From the IMG/VR virus record IMGVR_UViG_3300045974_000283, positions 32,001 to 96,000 of that record: a DNA stretch of 64,000 nucleotides. One strand, written 5' to 3'. Below the pieces are notes generated by a model, which made no database searches, was not told where the DNA came from, and saw only the letters and a list, made by a program, of their open reading frames with translations. Origin of the DNA: a virus. Positions 19,422 to 28,465 of the stretch are shown piece after piece. Position 1 is the first letter of the stretch; the number at the start of each line of letters is the position of its first letter. Position numbers and translations under genes: made by a program.

Positions 19422-20138
19422 CTACCTCTTGAAAGACCAGATTTGAGTGTTGGCCTGAGGCGCGGCTTGCGCATCGGCAGCGAGGAACCCGTCGTTCTCG
19501 ACGGAGGTGATGACTTGTTGTTCGTTGAGGACCGGGAGGCTGAGGAACCCGCGAACATCAAGGGTGCCCTCGAAGGTGAAGTCCTTGGGCATGTCCGGGC
19601 TATCGGCGCGCTGAGGGATAGTGGCGTTAGGCTCTGGGTAGACAGACACCTCAAGGGTCGTCCGCCCGTAGGCCACGTTGAACTTCAGCCATCCGTCACG
19701 GCGGGCCATGAACAACATCTTGATGAAGTTGATCATCCCCGAGTTGCTGTTGTGAACGCACTCGAACTTCACTGTCATCTTTACCGGCATGATGCGAGCG
19801 TAGAAGGCTCGCCGCCCTGAGTCGTCTAGGGCCACCGGGAAACCCTTGCGGGCCATGTAGTGAGTGTTCCCACGCTCCGTATCTTCTTCCCAAGACTGCA
19901 TCGTTAGGAAGCCGTAAGGATACTGGACAGAGCTGTAGTCGAAGGCACCAGCCGTCTGGTTGCCAAAGAGGGACTGTAGAGCAGGAAGCTTGTCAGGGCC
20001 GGTGAGCCAGACGCACTTGATTTCCAGAGCCTCGAAGATGCGCTTCTGCAATCCGTTGAAGACGAAATGCTCAACAGGGTCAACAGGCTTCTGCAGACCA
20101 GATCGGGAAGCGCCTGATTGCGATGAAGTAGCTTTCAC
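19422..20138 (-). CDS. Tail completion/terminator-like protein
   Basis: GTG start; VQYPYGFLT...MPVKMTVKF motifs and position just upstream of sheath. Confidence 0.5.
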   Translation of the reverse strand: MKATSSQSGASRSGLQKPVDPVEHFVFNGLQKRIFEALEIKCVWLTGPDKLPALQSLFGNQTAGAFDYSSVQYPYGFLTMQSWEEDTERGNTHYMARKGFPVALDDSGRRAFYARIMPVKMTVKFECVHNSNSGMINFIKMLFMARRDGWLKFNVAYGRTTLEVSVYPEPNATIPQRADSPDMPKDFTFEGTLDVRGFLSLPVLNEQQVITSVENDGFLAADAQAAPQANTQIWSFKR

Positions 20139-20163
20139 CTGGAGCCTTTCGCTGGCACAAATG

Positions 20164-20198
20164 AAAAAGGCGGCGACACCTTTTGGGCGCGCCGCCTT
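20164..20198 (-). terminator. Rho-independent terminator
   Basis: Stem AAGGCGGCG/CGCCGCCTT followed by TTTTT on the minus strand, after the 20224 gene. Confidence 0.75.
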
Positions 20199-20223
20199 GG
20201 AGGGCCGGATCGTAGATCAGGAA

Positions 20224-21171
20224 TCAGCGGCGACGGGTCTGCCGCTTCAGGTCAACCGCTGCCTTGTGACCAGCGGCGTTTTGCAGCGCACGAGCGTAGC
20301 GCTTGGTGGAGGTTTCCATGCTCGGGAAGTTGTCAGGCCCCATGTCTTCGGCGCCCATCAGCATCTCGTCATCATCGAGGGACGGATCGAAGTCGTCCAC
20401 ACCGTCAACCGATGCGAACTCGTCCATGCCGTTGTCGTCGAAGCCCATGCCGAACTCGTCTTCGATGCCAGATTTCACCGATTGAGCTGCGCTCTTGATG
20501 ATTTGGATCTTGGACTTGAAGCCAGAGCTCGAACCGAAGAACACCATCAGCGAACCGCCGAGGGTGTCCATCAGCAGGCGCAGGGTGTAGGAGGAACCGT
20601 CGAGCGGCGACTTCATCACCCACTCAGACACGATGCCGCCTGCCGTGTTGGCGTTCAGGATGCGCGGTTGCCCGTAGAGCACTCGGAACGCACGGCCCAG
20701 CGAAGCGTAGGAACGCTCTTGGCTGACCGTCATGGCCTGAGGACGAGCCTTCATCACGCGGACGTTGGTCCCTGGGAAGCTCGAAAAGCCCCAGCGAGCG
20801 ATGCCGGACTTTTCCTTGATGAAGTCCACCAGACCCTTGCGGTTGTCCCCGCTGTAGGCACGCTGACGTGACTTGGTGCTCGCCGCAGCGAACTCCATTC
20901 CATCGTCGAGCATGTCGTCCATCGGATCGGTGAGACCCATCGCAAAGAGGTCGTCCTCGATGCTGCCTTCTTGGATCATGCGCGGTGAGGTCTCGGGGAG
21001 TTCCTCGCGCAATTCTTCTCCGACACTGGCACGAACGGTGCGCGTCAAGGATGCGAAGGACGGGTCTTTCGACGCGGCTTGCATGGCCTTGGCGGAACGT
21101 TCGAAGTTGCCGGAGCGCTGATGAAACGCGGACAGGACCAGAAGTCGCAGTGCGTTGTTTTTCATAGACAT
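20224..21171 (-). CDS. Hypothetical head-associated protein with acidic linkers
   Basis: Directly after MCP with RBS AGGAG; Asp/Met-rich linkers resembling those of the scaffold. Confidence 0.6.
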   Translation of the reverse strand: MSMKNNALRLLVLSAFHQRSGNFERSAKAMQAASKDPSFASLTRTVRASVGEELREELPETSPRMIQEGSIEDDLFAMGLTDPMDDMLDDGMEFAAASTKSRQRAYSGDNRKGLVDFIKEKSGIARWGFSSFPGTNVRVMKARPQAMTVSQERSYASLGRAFRVLYGQPRILNANTAGGIVSEWVMKSPLDGSSYTLRLLMDTLGGSLMVFFGSSSGFKSKIQIIKSAAQSVKSGIEDEFGMGFDDNGMDEFASVDGVDDFDPSLDDDEMLMGAEDMGPDNFPSMETSTKRYARALQNAAGHKAAVDLKRQTRRR

Positions 21172-21180
21172 CTCCTAGAT

Positions 21181-21198
21181 GAGGGGCCGAAGCCCCTC
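21181..21198 (-). terminator. UUCG-loop hairpin after major capsid gene
   Basis: GAGGGGC-TTCG-GCCCCTC (one G-U-free 7-bp stem), no U-tract; probably a stabiliser or partial terminator. Confidence 0.5.
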
Positions 21199-21215
21199 GT
21201 TGCAACGAACCAGAA

Positions 21216-22310
21216 TCAGACGCGAACGGCGGCGACCACCGAGCGGCTGTTGCCGATCGCTGCCGACCACGATTCGGCGAAGAGCCAGCCAGCGCCGATG
21301 ATGTTCTCCGACACGCCGTCGAGCGGACGCGAGTCCACACCGCCGCGATCGGAGTAGGCACCGTGAGTGGACGGATCCGACACCACGAAGAACTCGCCCT
21401 CGCCCAGAACCTTGTGTTCCGGGTGACGGTAGGCTTCGGAGATCAGGGTCATGCCGTACAGGATCGCCATTTCACCGGTCATCACGAGCTCGTGGCGGGC
21501 CACGGGTTCAATGGCCTGGATGAACGAGCTGTCGCCGACGATGTCCACGAACAGGTCGGAAGCCATGTAGCAGAACGCTGCCTTCAAGCCCCAGCGAGCG
21601 ACTTGCTGGCGGACGGCCATCAGCGATTGCGGCGACAGAGTGCCGGAAACGATCTGTTGGTTGTTGTCCGTGCCGATGGTGGCGCGGGCGAGGTTGTACC
21701 AGTAGCGGTCCTCGGTCACCATCACGGCTTCGAGCGCTTCCACGGCCTTTTCTTCCAGGACGTCGGAGTTCGACTGGTTCAGTTCGTTCTGGGGCACGAA
21801 CACGCGGGTGGCGATCTGGCCTTCCAGCGGGGTGAGCCATTTGTCCGTCACCAGTTGCGTCTCGATGCGTGACGAGCCCGACAGGTAGAACGCGGTCACG
21901 TTCTTCTGGCGAACCGGGAAGCGCGGCAGTTCGCCGGTCTTCAGCTCGATCTGGTTCAGGAACCGACGCGAGATGCCCTTGCGGTTCGTGGTCATATAGA
22001 TCTCACGGGCCACGGCTTCACCCAGGACGCGGCGAGCGTTGGGATCGGTCATGGCGGCGCGGAGCAGTTCGCGACGGGCTTGCATCGCCGAGCGCTGGAG
22101 CTCACGGCCCTGCACGGTGCGGTCGGTGCCGACTTCGCCACGGCCAGCGGCCTCAGCGATTGCCATGTTGGCGGTCAGGAGGTCACGCTTGCTGCCAGCG
22201 TTGACTTCGCCGTTCGAACCGATGGCGCGTTCTTGACGTCCAGCAATTCGGTACTCGGAAGCGGCTTGCATCCGCACGGATGCGAGCTTGGGTTTGACGA
22301 GAGTGGTCAT
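21216..22310 (-). CDS. Major capsid protein
   Basis: 364 aa, strongly biased codons, HK97-type layout (R..LNQIEL..GELPRF...NQQIVSGTLSPQSL); follows scaffold and decoration genes. Confidence 0.85.
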   Translation of the reverse strand: MTTLVKPKLASVRMQAASEYRIAGRQERAIGSNGEVNAGSKRDLLTANMAIAEAAGRGEVGTDRTVQGRELQRSAMQARRELLRAAMTDPNARRVLGEAVAREIYMTTNRKGISRRFLNQIELKTGELPRFPVRQKNVTAFYLSGSSRIETQLVTDKWLTPLEGQIATRVFVPQNELNQSNSDVLEEKAVEALEAVMVTEDRYWYNLARATIGTDNNQQIVSGTLSPQSLMAVRQQVARWGLKAAFCYMASDLFVDIVGDSSFIQAIEPVARHELVMTGEMAILYGMTLISEAYRHPEHKVLGEGEFFVVSDPSTHGAYSDRGGVDSRPLDGVSENIIGAGWLFAESWSAAIGNSRSVVAAVRV

Positions 22311-22387
22311 GGAGAGAATTCCTTTTCAGTGGGAGAGAGGGAGCACCTGCTCCCCCGAAGTGGGACCAATCAGCTTAGTTCAGCTGA

Positions 22388-23098
22388 TCAGGGGCAGGCG
22401 AACCGCAGACCCAAGAAGGGGCGGGTTTCGGTCGGGATCGAGATGATCTCGGCGCGGATGGCAGTGCCGGAACCGGTTTGGTTCGTCAGCTTGCCGCTGG
22501 CAGCGAGCTTGACCGAAGTCGCAGAGCGCCAGTCAACGTAAGCGTCGATCTGATCGGTGTAGATCGTGCCCGAGCGGGCCAGATCGGCATTGCCGGTCGC
22601 TTGACCAGCGTAGCCGCCCGGCTGGATGTCGCCGACGCGAGCCTTGGCCTCGTCCACCGTTGCGGCATACGAGTAGTAGATCGACACCGAGCTGCCCCGG
22701 TGATCGGCCCCGCCGTTGTTCGCGACGGTGAGGGTCGTGCCGGAGTAGGTCACGTCAGCGGCCGCGATGACAGCACCGAGGGTCTCGTCATAGACGAGCG
22801 GTTCAGCGATCGGGGTCTTGGCGAGGGTGAACACCGACGGGACAGCGGCGGAAGCGCCCACGTCGAGGATGGTCGTCTCGACCTTGATCAGGGTCGTGGG
22901 CAGGAACGGCGACGCCGAGGTCTGCGCGTCCAGGAAGCCGGCGAAGTTGGCACCGTCGCCACCAGCGGCAGGCTTGACGCCATACACACCGTTGACAAAG
23001 CCACCGACCATCGCGACGCCGTCGTTGGACAGGATGACGCCCGCTTGCAGCGGAGCAGTCGTTTTGGAAAGAGAGTACGAGAGAGGACGGTAAATCAT
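22388..23098 (-). CDS. Head decoration / capsid-associated protein
   Basis: Likely start MIYRPLSYS at 23098 (GGAG RBS) rather than 23149; highly biased codons; C-terminal EIISIPTETRPFLGLRF beta-tulip-like end. Confidence 0.65.
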   Translation of the reverse strand: MIYRPLSYSLSKTTAPLQAGVILSNDGVAMVGGFVNGVYGVKPAAGGDGANFAGFLDAQTSASPFLPTTLIKVETTILDVGASAAVPSVFTLAKTPIAEPLVYDETLGAVIAAADVTYSGTTLTVANNGGADHRGSSVSIYYSYAATVDEAKARVGDIQPGGYAGQATGNADLARSGTIYTDQIDAYVDWRSATSVKLAASGKLTNQTGSGTAIRAEIISIPTETRPFLGLRFACP

Positions 23099-23129
23099 GA
23101 GGTTGATCTCCAGACAGGTGGAAAGAGAC

Positions 23130-23147
23130 GGGGCGGAATTCCGCCCC
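23130..23147. terminator. Perfect 18-bp palindrome after scaffold gene
   Basis: GGGGCGGAATTCCGCCCC followed by GTCTCTTT on the minus strand. Confidence 0.45.
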
Positions 23148-23152
23148 AAGGG

Positions 23153-25582
23153 TCAGCGGGTGCCGAACAGCGGGATGTCGCCGCTCAGCATTGCGTTTGC
23201 CATTGCGCTCGCGGTCACCAGCGAGGGAACATCGGCGGGTTTCAGAAGCGCCGCGACTTGGCGGCTCGAACGAACGGGTGAAGGGTTGGTGAGGCGGGAG
23301 GCCAACGACATTTCCATGCCGTCATCTTCGCCAGTGTCGATGTCTTCGTAGCCGTCGCTGTCCATGGGCAGGTCGGCGATCGGTTCGTCGGCCACCATGT
23401 CAAGCGTATCGGCAAGTTCGCGCCGGGTCTCAGGCGTCTTGGACGCGAGCTGGGAAGCAAGCGAGCAAAGGACGCGCGAGTACTCAGGGCCATGCTGAGC
23501 AAAGAGCTGAGCCGAGATGCGACCCGGCTTGTTCACGCCAAGGCGGGACATCTCGCTCTCGAACGCTGCCTTCAGCGGGTTCGGAGTGCTCTTCCACATG
23601 CCACGAGCGAGACCGGTCGCCGCGATGGCGAAGCAGTCAGCCATGACTTGGTCCTTCTTCGCTTGCTCAGCAGCGGCTTGCGCCTTGAACGCCGAGACCT
23701 GACGCGAGACGGTTGCCTTGGTCTGCACGGGAATGCGGACGGGCTGGAAGTTGTAGCTTGCCAGCGCCTTGCGCATACCGTCTTTGCTGACCGAAGCGAG
23801 CACCGCTTCCGAGAAGCCGTCCGTGTACATGACAGCGGCGACGTCCTTGGCGGCGGAAGGTGTCAACGCGGCGACCGCGTAGTGACCCTTCATGGCGAGC
23901 AGGCGGTTGCCGTTCTGCACGATGTAGCAAGCGTTCACCGTGTCATCCAGATCGACAGCGTCCATCAGGATCTCGCCGTCGTCAGACATGGGCATTTCGT
24001 CCGCGCTGGCAATCTCGAAGCCGTTCGCCGGAGCGATACGGAGTTCGGAGCCGACCGTGTTCATGTCCATGAAGATGCCGCCGTCGGCGTCCATGCTGAG
24101 GTCAGGGGTGGAACCCATGCTCTGGTCGAAGGTGAGCATGTCGTCGGCCGCAGGAGCGTCGAAGTTCAAGTCGCCGGTGTCCACGCCGGTGTCGATGAGC
24201 GGGTCGTCCGCAAGCGTCATGGAGAGGTCGTCGGCCAGGAAGTCGTCCTCGTCGCCATCGTCAGCCATCATCATTTCGAGGTCGCCGATCGGAGCGGAAA
24301 GGACCGAGGGTGCCGAGAAGCCAAAGCCCTCGTTGTCACCGTCGTCGAAGGAGCCGTCGTCCTCGCCGAAGAAGTCAGATTTCTCTTTCTTCTTGTCGTC
24401 TTTCTTGTCGCCCTTCTTCTTGAACTGATTGTCCTCCAGAGCGTCTTTGGACTTCTCTTCGCCGTCTTCCTCGTCGGACTCGTCATCGTCCTTGCCCTTG
24501 GTATCCTTCTTGTCTTCTTTCTTGTCTTCTTTCTTTGCGAAGGGGTTCTCACCCTTTTTGGCGGTGACGGCGAAGGGCCAGCGGCGCGGCTCAGCGGCAG
24601 CGGTGGCACGGAGCGGCCACTCGGCAGAAGCGGTGGTCAGATCTTGCAGATCGTCCATGGCGTCGTCGTTCATTTCGTCGTCTTCAAAGTCCGCAGCCAC
24701 GATGGAGCCCGCCTTGACGAGGTCGACGCCACCGCTGGAATCAACGATCTTGAACCCGTACTTCTTGTTTTCGGGATTCATGACCTTGTCCCAAAGGGCT
24801 TGCCAAATGTCCGAGACATCATCGTCGTGAGCGCCACCCACAGCGATGGCGAGATCGTCAGCTTCGTCGTTCTCACCGTCGCCGCCAACTTCTTCGAGGA
24901 TGCCCATCATTTCGTCGTTGAGCTCGTTGGGATCAAGGTGACTGAAATCGTCCTTGCTGCCCATGTAGCGCTTGATGACATCTTCGTAGGCAGAACGGAG
25001 TTCCTTGACGAGACCGCTCGAGATGTTCGCTGAGCTGGATTTCACGCGGCGGCCCGAACGGATCGGTTCCATGGCGTCCTCGGTCTGGCCGAGCTTCACC
25101 GGCGTGACGCCGAAGTTCTCTTCTTCCAGATCGATGGTGTCGAGATCCGGCTCGGACTCAGCAGCCGAGACCTTGCCCGCGACTTGCATTTCGGCACCGC
25201 ACATGGAGCAGGCGGCCGAACCAGCGGAAGCCTTGAGAGCGCTCTTCTGCATGATCGAGGTGGCACCGCATTTGCACTGAACGGCGGCGACCACAGCGTC
25301 GCTGGCCGCGAGCGTCTTGGCGCGATAGGGCTTGCTCGTGGCGATAACGCGAGCGGAAGCGCAGCAAGGGCAGAACGGAGAAACCGTGTTCACCGAAGCG
25401 GTGATGCGCGTGTTGCACGACTGGCACTCGTGATCCACGAGGGCGTCGGCCGCAGCGGCAACGACCGTGCTTCGTGCGGCCAGAACGGCCGGATCAGTGA
25501 CGACGAATGCCAGAACTTTGGCACGAATGCCAATCGCTGCGCTGACGACGCGAGCTCGGGTTTTGCCAGTCGGGTTGCTCAT
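23153..25582 (-). CDS. Prohead core/scaffold protein with N-terminal Cys-rich zinc ribbons
   Basis: Likely start MSNPTGK at 25582 (AAGGA RBS); CxxC motifs x4; very acidic/charged middle; immediately upstream of head genes. Confidence 0.65.
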   Translation of the reverse strand: MSNPTGKTRARVVSAAIGIRAKVLAFVVTDPAVLAARSTVVAAAADALVDHECQSCNTRITASVNTVSPFCPCCASARVIATSKPYRAKTLAASDAVVAAVQCKCGATSIMQKSALKASAGSAACSMCGAEMQVAGKVSAAESEPDLDTIDLEEENFGVTPVKLGQTEDAMEPIRSGRRVKSSSANISSGLVKELRSAYEDVIKRYMGSKDDFSHLDPNELNDEMMGILEEVGGDGENDEADDLAIAVGGAHDDDVSDIWQALWDKVMNPENKKYGFKIVDSSGGVDLVKAGSIVAADFEDDEMNDDAMDDLQDLTTASAEWPLRATAAAEPRRWPFAVTAKKGENPFAKKEDKKEDKKDTKGKDDDESDEEDGEEKSKDALEDNQFKKKGDKKDDKKKEKSDFFGEDDGSFDDGDNEGFGFSAPSVLSAPIGDLEMMMADDGDEDDFLADDLSMTLADDPLIDTGVDTGDLNFDAPAADDMLTFDQSMGSTPDLSMDADGGIFMDMNTVGSELRIAPANGFEIASADEMPMSDDGEILMDAVDLDDTVNACYIVQNGNRLLAMKGHYAVAALTPSAAKDVAAVMYTDGFSEAVLASVSKDGMRKALASYNFQPVRIPVQTKATVSRQVSAFKAQAAAEQAKKDQVMADCFAIAATGLARGMWKSTPNPLKAAFESEMSRLGVNKPGRISAQLFAQHGPEYSRVLCSLASQLASKTPETRRELADTLDMVADEPIADLPMDSDGYEDIDTGEDDGMEMSLASRLTNPSPVRSSRQVAALLKPADVPSLVTASAMANAMLSGDIPLFGTR

Positions 25583-25640
25583 GGGTGTTCCTTGAATGTT
25601 TAGGAGTCGGATTGCCGAGGGACGACACGACCCCCTGCAA

Positions 25641-25648
25641 TAAAAGTG
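25641..25648 (-). promoter_or_regulatory. CAHTTTTA motif upstream of scaffold/capsid operon
   Basis: TGCACTTTTATTGCA, intergenic, ~59 nt before ATG 25582. Confidence 0.5.
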
Positions 25649-25662
25649 CAATCAGCAAAGAG

Positions 25663-26151
25663 TTAGAGTTTGATCTCTCCCCCTAAGCTATCGCGGTTCG
25701 GCTTGGCAAGACCGCAGTTGGAAACTTCGTACATATACGCATGATCCGCTTCAGGAGGTATCTCATAGCGTCCAAGGAATACAGAATAGGACAGCTTCTG
25801 AAGGAATCCAGGTGCATCGAGGTTGTTTGTCTTCAATGTCATGCTGACGAGATCATTGCCCTTGTAGAAAAAGATCTCGTTTCCGACAAGAGCGCAGCCG
25901 GGCAGAACCTGAGTCCTGCTGACTTGAATCGTCTGGAACTGTCCGTCGACTCGTACCTCGAGGTCACTGGCAATAGACGCCGGAACCGCCTGGAACAAGG
26001 CCGAGAGGAACAACGTCAATCCCGTTGTTCCAAGGAAAGCCGTTGTCAGTCTCGCCAGGAACGAGGATCGACTCGCAGTCTGAAACACAGAAAGGTTGAA
26101 CCCCGCATGGAGTAGGAACATTCCAGTGAGACTTTCGATTAGGATGTACAT
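25663..26151 (-). CDS. Membrane protein (two N-terminal hydrophobic segments plus soluble domain), possible lysis regulator
   Basis: Hydrophobic N-terminus; two Cys in the C-terminal domain; lower GC than neighbours. Confidence 0.55.
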   Translation of the reverse strand: MYILIESLTGMFLLHAGFNLSVFQTASRSSFLARLTTAFLGTTGLTLFLSALFQAVPASIASDLEVRVDGQFQTIQVSRTQVLPGCALVGNEIFFYKGNDLVSMTLKTNNLDAPGFLQKLSYSVFLGRYEIPPEADHAYMYEVSNCGLAKPNRDSLGGEIKL

Positions 26152-26169
26152 GGTCGATTATCCTTGAAC

Positions 26170-26655
26170 TTACTTTGGTGCATCAGACTTGCCGATGCTA
26201 TCTGCACGACGGTTCACAAACGAACGCAACAGGGGGATGATCCTGTCGGCGAGCGCACCTATGAGCAAGGCTGTGATGAGGAGCAGGTCTGGAACCGTGA
26301 CCTGCACTTCTTTGGGGAGGTAGGCCGCGATGTTCTTGACAACAAGGTGAGTGGTGAGGCCAGCGAACATTCCGCCTCGGAGCAAGGATATCCAGGCCGC
26401 GCGGTGATAAGGCGTGTGGACGTGAAGGATGCGAGCGGCATTCTTCCAGAAGCCGTGAACGACCTTGGGGTCGTCAGGGACCGGTGGAAGAATGAGCAGC
26501 TTGTCTGAGGAGGCCAGCGCGAAGAACGCGCCGAACACACCTGAGGTGATGATGGCGACATCGGTGCCGTACTTGGCCCCGAAGATCGCCGTGAACAGAC
26601 CGATGAGGGTAGAGCCCCCTGCGATTTGTGATGTCGTGGAAACGGGTTCAGTCAT
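26170..26655 (-). CDS. Putative holin-like membrane protein
   Basis: About four hydrophobic segments, basic C-terminus, next to endolysin. Confidence 0.5.
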   Translation of the reverse strand: MTEPVSTTSQIAGGSTLIGLFTAIFGAKYGTDVAIITSGVFGAFFALASSDKLLILPPVPDDPKVVHGFWKNAARILHVHTPYHRAAWISLLRGGMFAGLTTHLVVKNIAAYLPKEVQVTVPDLLLITALLIGALADRIIPLLRSFVNRRADSIGKSDAPK

Positions 26656-26743
26656 AAAACTCCATCTTGAGATAGCGTTGCGTCAGTCGGAGCAGGCTGA
26701 CGATCTGCCTGTGTCGTTGATGGATGACGGAGAGGGAAGACGA

Positions 26744-27106
26744 TCATTTCTCAGCTGAGTCAGGCTCCTTGGAAGAAGAGGCCCCCTTGGAGGCTGCATA
26801 CCCGTCGGCCAGTTTGGAGGCCACCGCAGAACCGGACCAGATCAGAGCGTAGCCGAGCAGGATGTACTCGTTGATCTGACCCTTCGTGTAGATCACATGG
26901 TACATGAGCGCCCATGTGGTGGCCGCGAGGGAAACAAAGATTCCCAGTCGAGCGGCTGAGGGTTTGCCCTTGTCGTCGAGCAGCATCTGCTTGATGTCGA
27001 AGCCGTTGTCGGCGTGTTGCGCCGACCAGAGGACATAGAAGCCCATCACCATGAGGGCGATGAACACTATGGCCGGAAAATCAATATTCGCTCGCAGCCA
27101 TTCCAT
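26744..27106 (-). CDS. Putative holin (3 TM)
   Basis: Three hydrophobic helices, charged C-terminus, immediately downstream of endolysin. Confidence 0.55.
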   Translation of the reverse strand: MEWLRANIDFPAIVFIALMVMGFYVLWSAQHADNGFDIKQMLLDDKGKPSAARLGIFVSLAATTWALMYHVIYTKGQINEYILLGYALIWSGSAVASKLADGYAASKGASSSKEPDSAEK

Positions 27107-27129
27107 AGCTTTCTCCCTGAGGTGATAAA

Positions 27130-27137
27130 TAAAATTG
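27130..27137 (-). promoter_or_regulatory. CAHTTTTA motif upstream of holin-like gene
   Basis: GGGCAATTTTATT, intergenic, 24 nt before ATG 27106; could also be a terminator U-tract. Confidence 0.4.
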
Positions 27138-27155
27138 CCCGTTGCAGGACAGGCG

Positions 27156-27800
27156 TTACGAGAGGAGCGCCAGAACTTTCTTGCTCAGCGCCGTGCGGGT
27201 CTCAAGGTCCAGCAGAGCTGAGTTGACCTTGGACGTGATGAGATGCACCGAGTCGTCCGTGATGCCTTGGGCCTGCGCGATCATGTGGACGTCGTGCTTC
27301 AGGCAGTACGAAACCGCTGAGACCGCTGCGTCAGGTGGCAGGACGAGGAGCTCTGGGTGATCGACGTAGGGACGACCCGTGTCTTGCGCTGCCGCTGCGT
27401 AGTTGTCATGGAACGTGGTTTGGATGTAGCCCATCCCACGATACTTCCAGCCGTCACCAGAGGCGACGTCGCCGTTGCCGTTCTTACTGGAGTAGACGAA
27501 GTTCGCCAGCTTCTGAGGGCTTCGCAGGTACTGAGCCTGATCGGTTTCAGGCAGCGCCGAAATCCGCCGGAAGGTGCGCGCGAGCACAGCAGGCGTCGAG
27601 TAGAAAAGGTTCTCTTCCGTCACCTTGAAACGACCAGACTCGACAGCGCACTGACCCAGGATGGCCGCGATGGAGAGGGGCGACGTGAGACCGCGCAGCG
27701 AGAGGGCTGACTGGAAGGCAGCGGTGACAGCCGGAACCTTGTCGGCTGAGCAGCCCAGAGCGGTGAAGACAGCGGCGTTGAGTTTGTCGAGTGCTGACAT
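27156..27800 (-). CDS. Endolysin, glycoside hydrolase family 19
   Basis: AAILGQCAVESGRF...EENLFYS...GDGWKYRGMGYIQTT...NY matches GH19 motifs (HES/RGRG/QLTG variants). Confidence 0.9.
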   Translation of the reverse strand: MSALDKLNAAVFTALGCSADKVPAVTAAFQSALSLRGLTSPLSIAAILGQCAVESGRFKVTEENLFYSTPAVLARTFRRISALPETDQAQYLRSPQKLANFVYSSKNGNGDVASGDGWKYRGMGYIQTTFHDNYAAAAQDTGRPYVDHPELLVLPPDAAVSAVSYCLKHDVHMIAQAQGITDDSVHLITSKVNSALLDLETRTALSKKVLALLS

Positions 27801-27807
27801 GATGGTC

Positions 27808-28191
27808 TCAGGTGAGGGAGAGGCGGTAGCGAGCTTGCTTGAACTCGCCGATCGTTTCTTCCAGGGTGTTGCGAAGCGAGTCGGAGCAGGTGATGGAACG
27901 GCTGAGCTTCTCCAAATCGGCGATGAGTCCGGTCAGGTAGGACATCGGGTCGTAGGCCGCGCTGTCCCCCAAGACCTCGAAGCCCTCACCGATGGCCTGC
28001 TCGGCGATCTTGTCCACCGATTCCGACGCGAGGTTGTAAGCCCCGTCGAGGGCAACGTGCGTCGCGTGAGAGTGCGTCATCAGGTGAAGGATGTGCAGGA
28101 CGGTGCGGGCTTGCAGCAAGCGACGCACGACGTTGTCCACCGCGATGGCGCACTGTTCTTCTTGGAACATTCGTTGGGGATCAGACATCAT
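27808..28191 (-). CDS. Ferritin/Dps-like four-helix protein (phage DUF5856-type)
   Basis: LHILHLMTHSHATHVALDGAY...VDKIAEQAIG...LRNTLEE pattern of His/Glu ligands. Confidence 0.75.
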   Translation of the reverse strand: MMSDPQRMFQEEQCAIAVDNVVRRLLQARTVLHILHLMTHSHATHVALDGAYNLASESVDKIAEQAIGEGFEVLGDSAAYDPMSYLTGLIADLEKLSRSITCSDSLRNTLEETIGEFKQARYRLSLT

Positions 28192-28196
28192 TGCCC

Positions 28197-28439
28197 TTAG
28201 TGGCCCGACTGCGTGAGCGGGGGATCAAACATGATGCCGCCGAGCTGAGCGAACTCTGCATCAGTGGTTTCTGCTGGAAGGCAACCGACGAACTCGGCGG
28301 TTTCCGTTTCCGGGTTCAGGCCGCATCGGTACTGGAAGATGACCTGCGTCGGTTTGTCCCGCACACCGACGAGATCTCCGCCTTCGCTGAGAGTGACGGC
28401 CATGCCACCGAAGTTGGCACCAGAGAGGATGAATTTCAT
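28197..28439 (-). CDS. Small hypothetical protein
   Basis: Fills the gap between neighbours; GGAG-like RBS. Confidence 0.6.
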   Translation of the reverse strand: MKFILSGANFGGMAVTLSEGGDLVGVRDKPTQVIFQYRCGLNPETETAEFVGCLPAETTDAEFAQLGGIMFDPPLTQSGH

Positions 28440-28465
28440 GGGAAGCTCCGTGTAGTGGTGAAGGA

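Noticed and set aside
23492-25033. 513-aa plus-strand ORF (also 17413-18771, 53565-54761, 48490-49611 and similar)
   Set aside because: Antisense to well-supported genes, no RBS, composition typical of reverse-frame shadows.
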